From: Polyangiales bacterium
GTDB lineage: Bacteria > Myxococcota_A > Polyangia > Polyangiales > Ga0077539
Direction of reading: 5' to 3'
DNA length: 64,000 bases
Assembly: GCA_044229975.1 (NCBI GenBank)
Contig: JBGARZ010000002.1
Location: 352,001 to 416,000, forward strand
In this document: positions 60,109 to 64,000 of the stretch, one piece after another
Position numbering within the stretch: the stretch's first letter is position 1
Layout: each line of letters begins with the position of its first letter
Program-made: the position numbers and the translations under genes
Notes under the pieces: generated by a model
Told to the model about the DNA's origin: nothing
The model's database searches: none
The model's input: the letters and a program-made list of their open reading frames with translations, nothing else

Positions 60109-60633
60109 TCAGGTGCGGTTGGCGACGAGGCAACCCAGGAGGGTCACGACGAGAGTCGGGATGAGGCCGAGCACCAGCGCTCGCGCGAAGAGCTGGCTGC
60201 CGAGAAACACGTACTGCGAGAAGTCCGCCGAGTGCATGCACTGCTCGAGGATGTCGGCGCGCACCGGGTCCAGGCCCGCCACGGTGGTGCCGATGGCGCA
60301 CGCGAGGCCGACGCCCGTGAGGTAGCGACCGAAGGCGCTGCCCCAGAGCTTCTTGCGCATCACCACGAAGACCACGATGCCGATGAGCGAGGCGCCGACG
60401 GTGTAGCCCGCGGCGGAGATGAGCCCGTTCTTGCTCGCCTGCGTGCAGCTCTCCTGCGAGAGGTAGGAGGTGGGCGTCGCCGCGAACGACCCGCTGTTGT
60501 CACCGGTCGTCGTGGGCGCGGCGGGGACGGGTGCGGGCGCGACCGCGGCGTCGGCGCCATTGGCGGGTTGCGCGGGCTCGGCGGGCCAGCTCGGGGTGTT
60601 CGCGCGGGGTTGCAGGAGCAGGTTCGGGTGCAT
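60109..60633 (-). CDS. small membrane protein (about 3 TM) with Pro-rich N-terminus
   Basis: Three hydrophobic segments; first gene of the tubulin-like operon. Confidence 0.75.
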   Translation of the reverse strand: MHPNLLLQPRANTPSWPAEPAQPANGADAAVAPAPVPAAPTTTGDNSGSFAATPTSYLSQESCTQASKNGLISAAGYTVGASLIGIVVFVVMRKKLWGSAFGRYLTGVGLACAIGTTVAGLDPVRADILEQCMHSADFSQYVFLGSQLFARALVLGLIPTLVVTLLGCLVANRT

Positions 60634-60785
60634 TGCGGAGCGCCGGAGCAAAGCCCCCTTCGGGCACATGCGTCAAGGCCGTCGCACCGACGGCCGTCGG
60701 TGTCGCGAAGGTTCGCGGTGACCAGTGCGGCCGGAACATGCGACAGTCGTCGGGCACTCTCGTCTACGGAGGCTTTGGTGGTCCT

Positions 60786-63758
<2,973 letters not shown>

Positions 63759-63809
63759 CTCCAACAGCGCGGTTGCGACGGGCGGTGGTGTCCTTCACCC
63801 TCGCGCGTC

Positions 63810-64000
63810 GTGACCGAGGGCAACGACCCACCGCGCGATGCCTGGCTCGAAGTCGGGACCTCCGCATCCGAACCCGCTCCCCTCACCCAACCTCCCATCG
63901 CATCGGAGTCCTGGCTCCAGGCCGATCCCACCACCCCGGGCGCGGAGCCGGCGCGTCGCAAGGCCAAGGCCTCCGAGCGTGCCGCCCCGACCGCTGCCCA
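63810..64000 (+). CDS. hypothetical protein, 5' part only (runs off the right edge)
   Basis: GTG at 63810, open to the window end (MTEGNDPPRDAWLEV...). Confidence 0.45.
   Translation, partial: MTEGNDPPRDAWLEVGTSASEPAPLTQPPIASESWLQADPTTPGAEPARRKAKASERAAPTAA

Overview
Very high-GC, densely coding chromosomal window. Gene content (a MYXO-CTERM protein, Cys-rich NGCE-repeat lipoproteins, Ser/Thr kinases with DUF4388- and PEGA-like tails) points to a myxobacterium, probably Polyangiales-like; this is inference. Most of it is housekeeping or common accessory content: tRNA-Leu(CAG), gap-pgk-tpiA-secG, glgB, a MacAB-type ABC exporter, kinases, a WD40 protein, a CCA-adding enzyme, serC/hisZ, a sugar-nucleotide gene pair, ygfZ, queA-tgt, a cyclophilin, a patatin and an L,D-transpeptidase. 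I saw no CRISPR array, integrase or transposase. The standout is the right end (53.4-63.8 kb): a tightly coupled minus-strand operon encoding a small multi-TM protein, a divergent tubulin/FtsZ-superfamily GTPase, a 622-aa partner of unknown function and a membrane-anchored Cys protein, continuing into a Cys-rich lipoprotein with a jacalin-like head and an orphan crtW. A paralogous Cys-rich lipoprotein with a different, Gly-rich head is transcribed divergently. Other oddities: an aldehyde dehydrogenase lacking both catalytic residues, a ~170-bp REPIN/MITE-like inverted-repeat element that supplies a gene's stop codon, a C-terminally shortened UDP-glucose dehydrogenase-like gene, and a degenerate DUF4365-like protein. 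All family calls come from motif recognition by eye; no database search was run.
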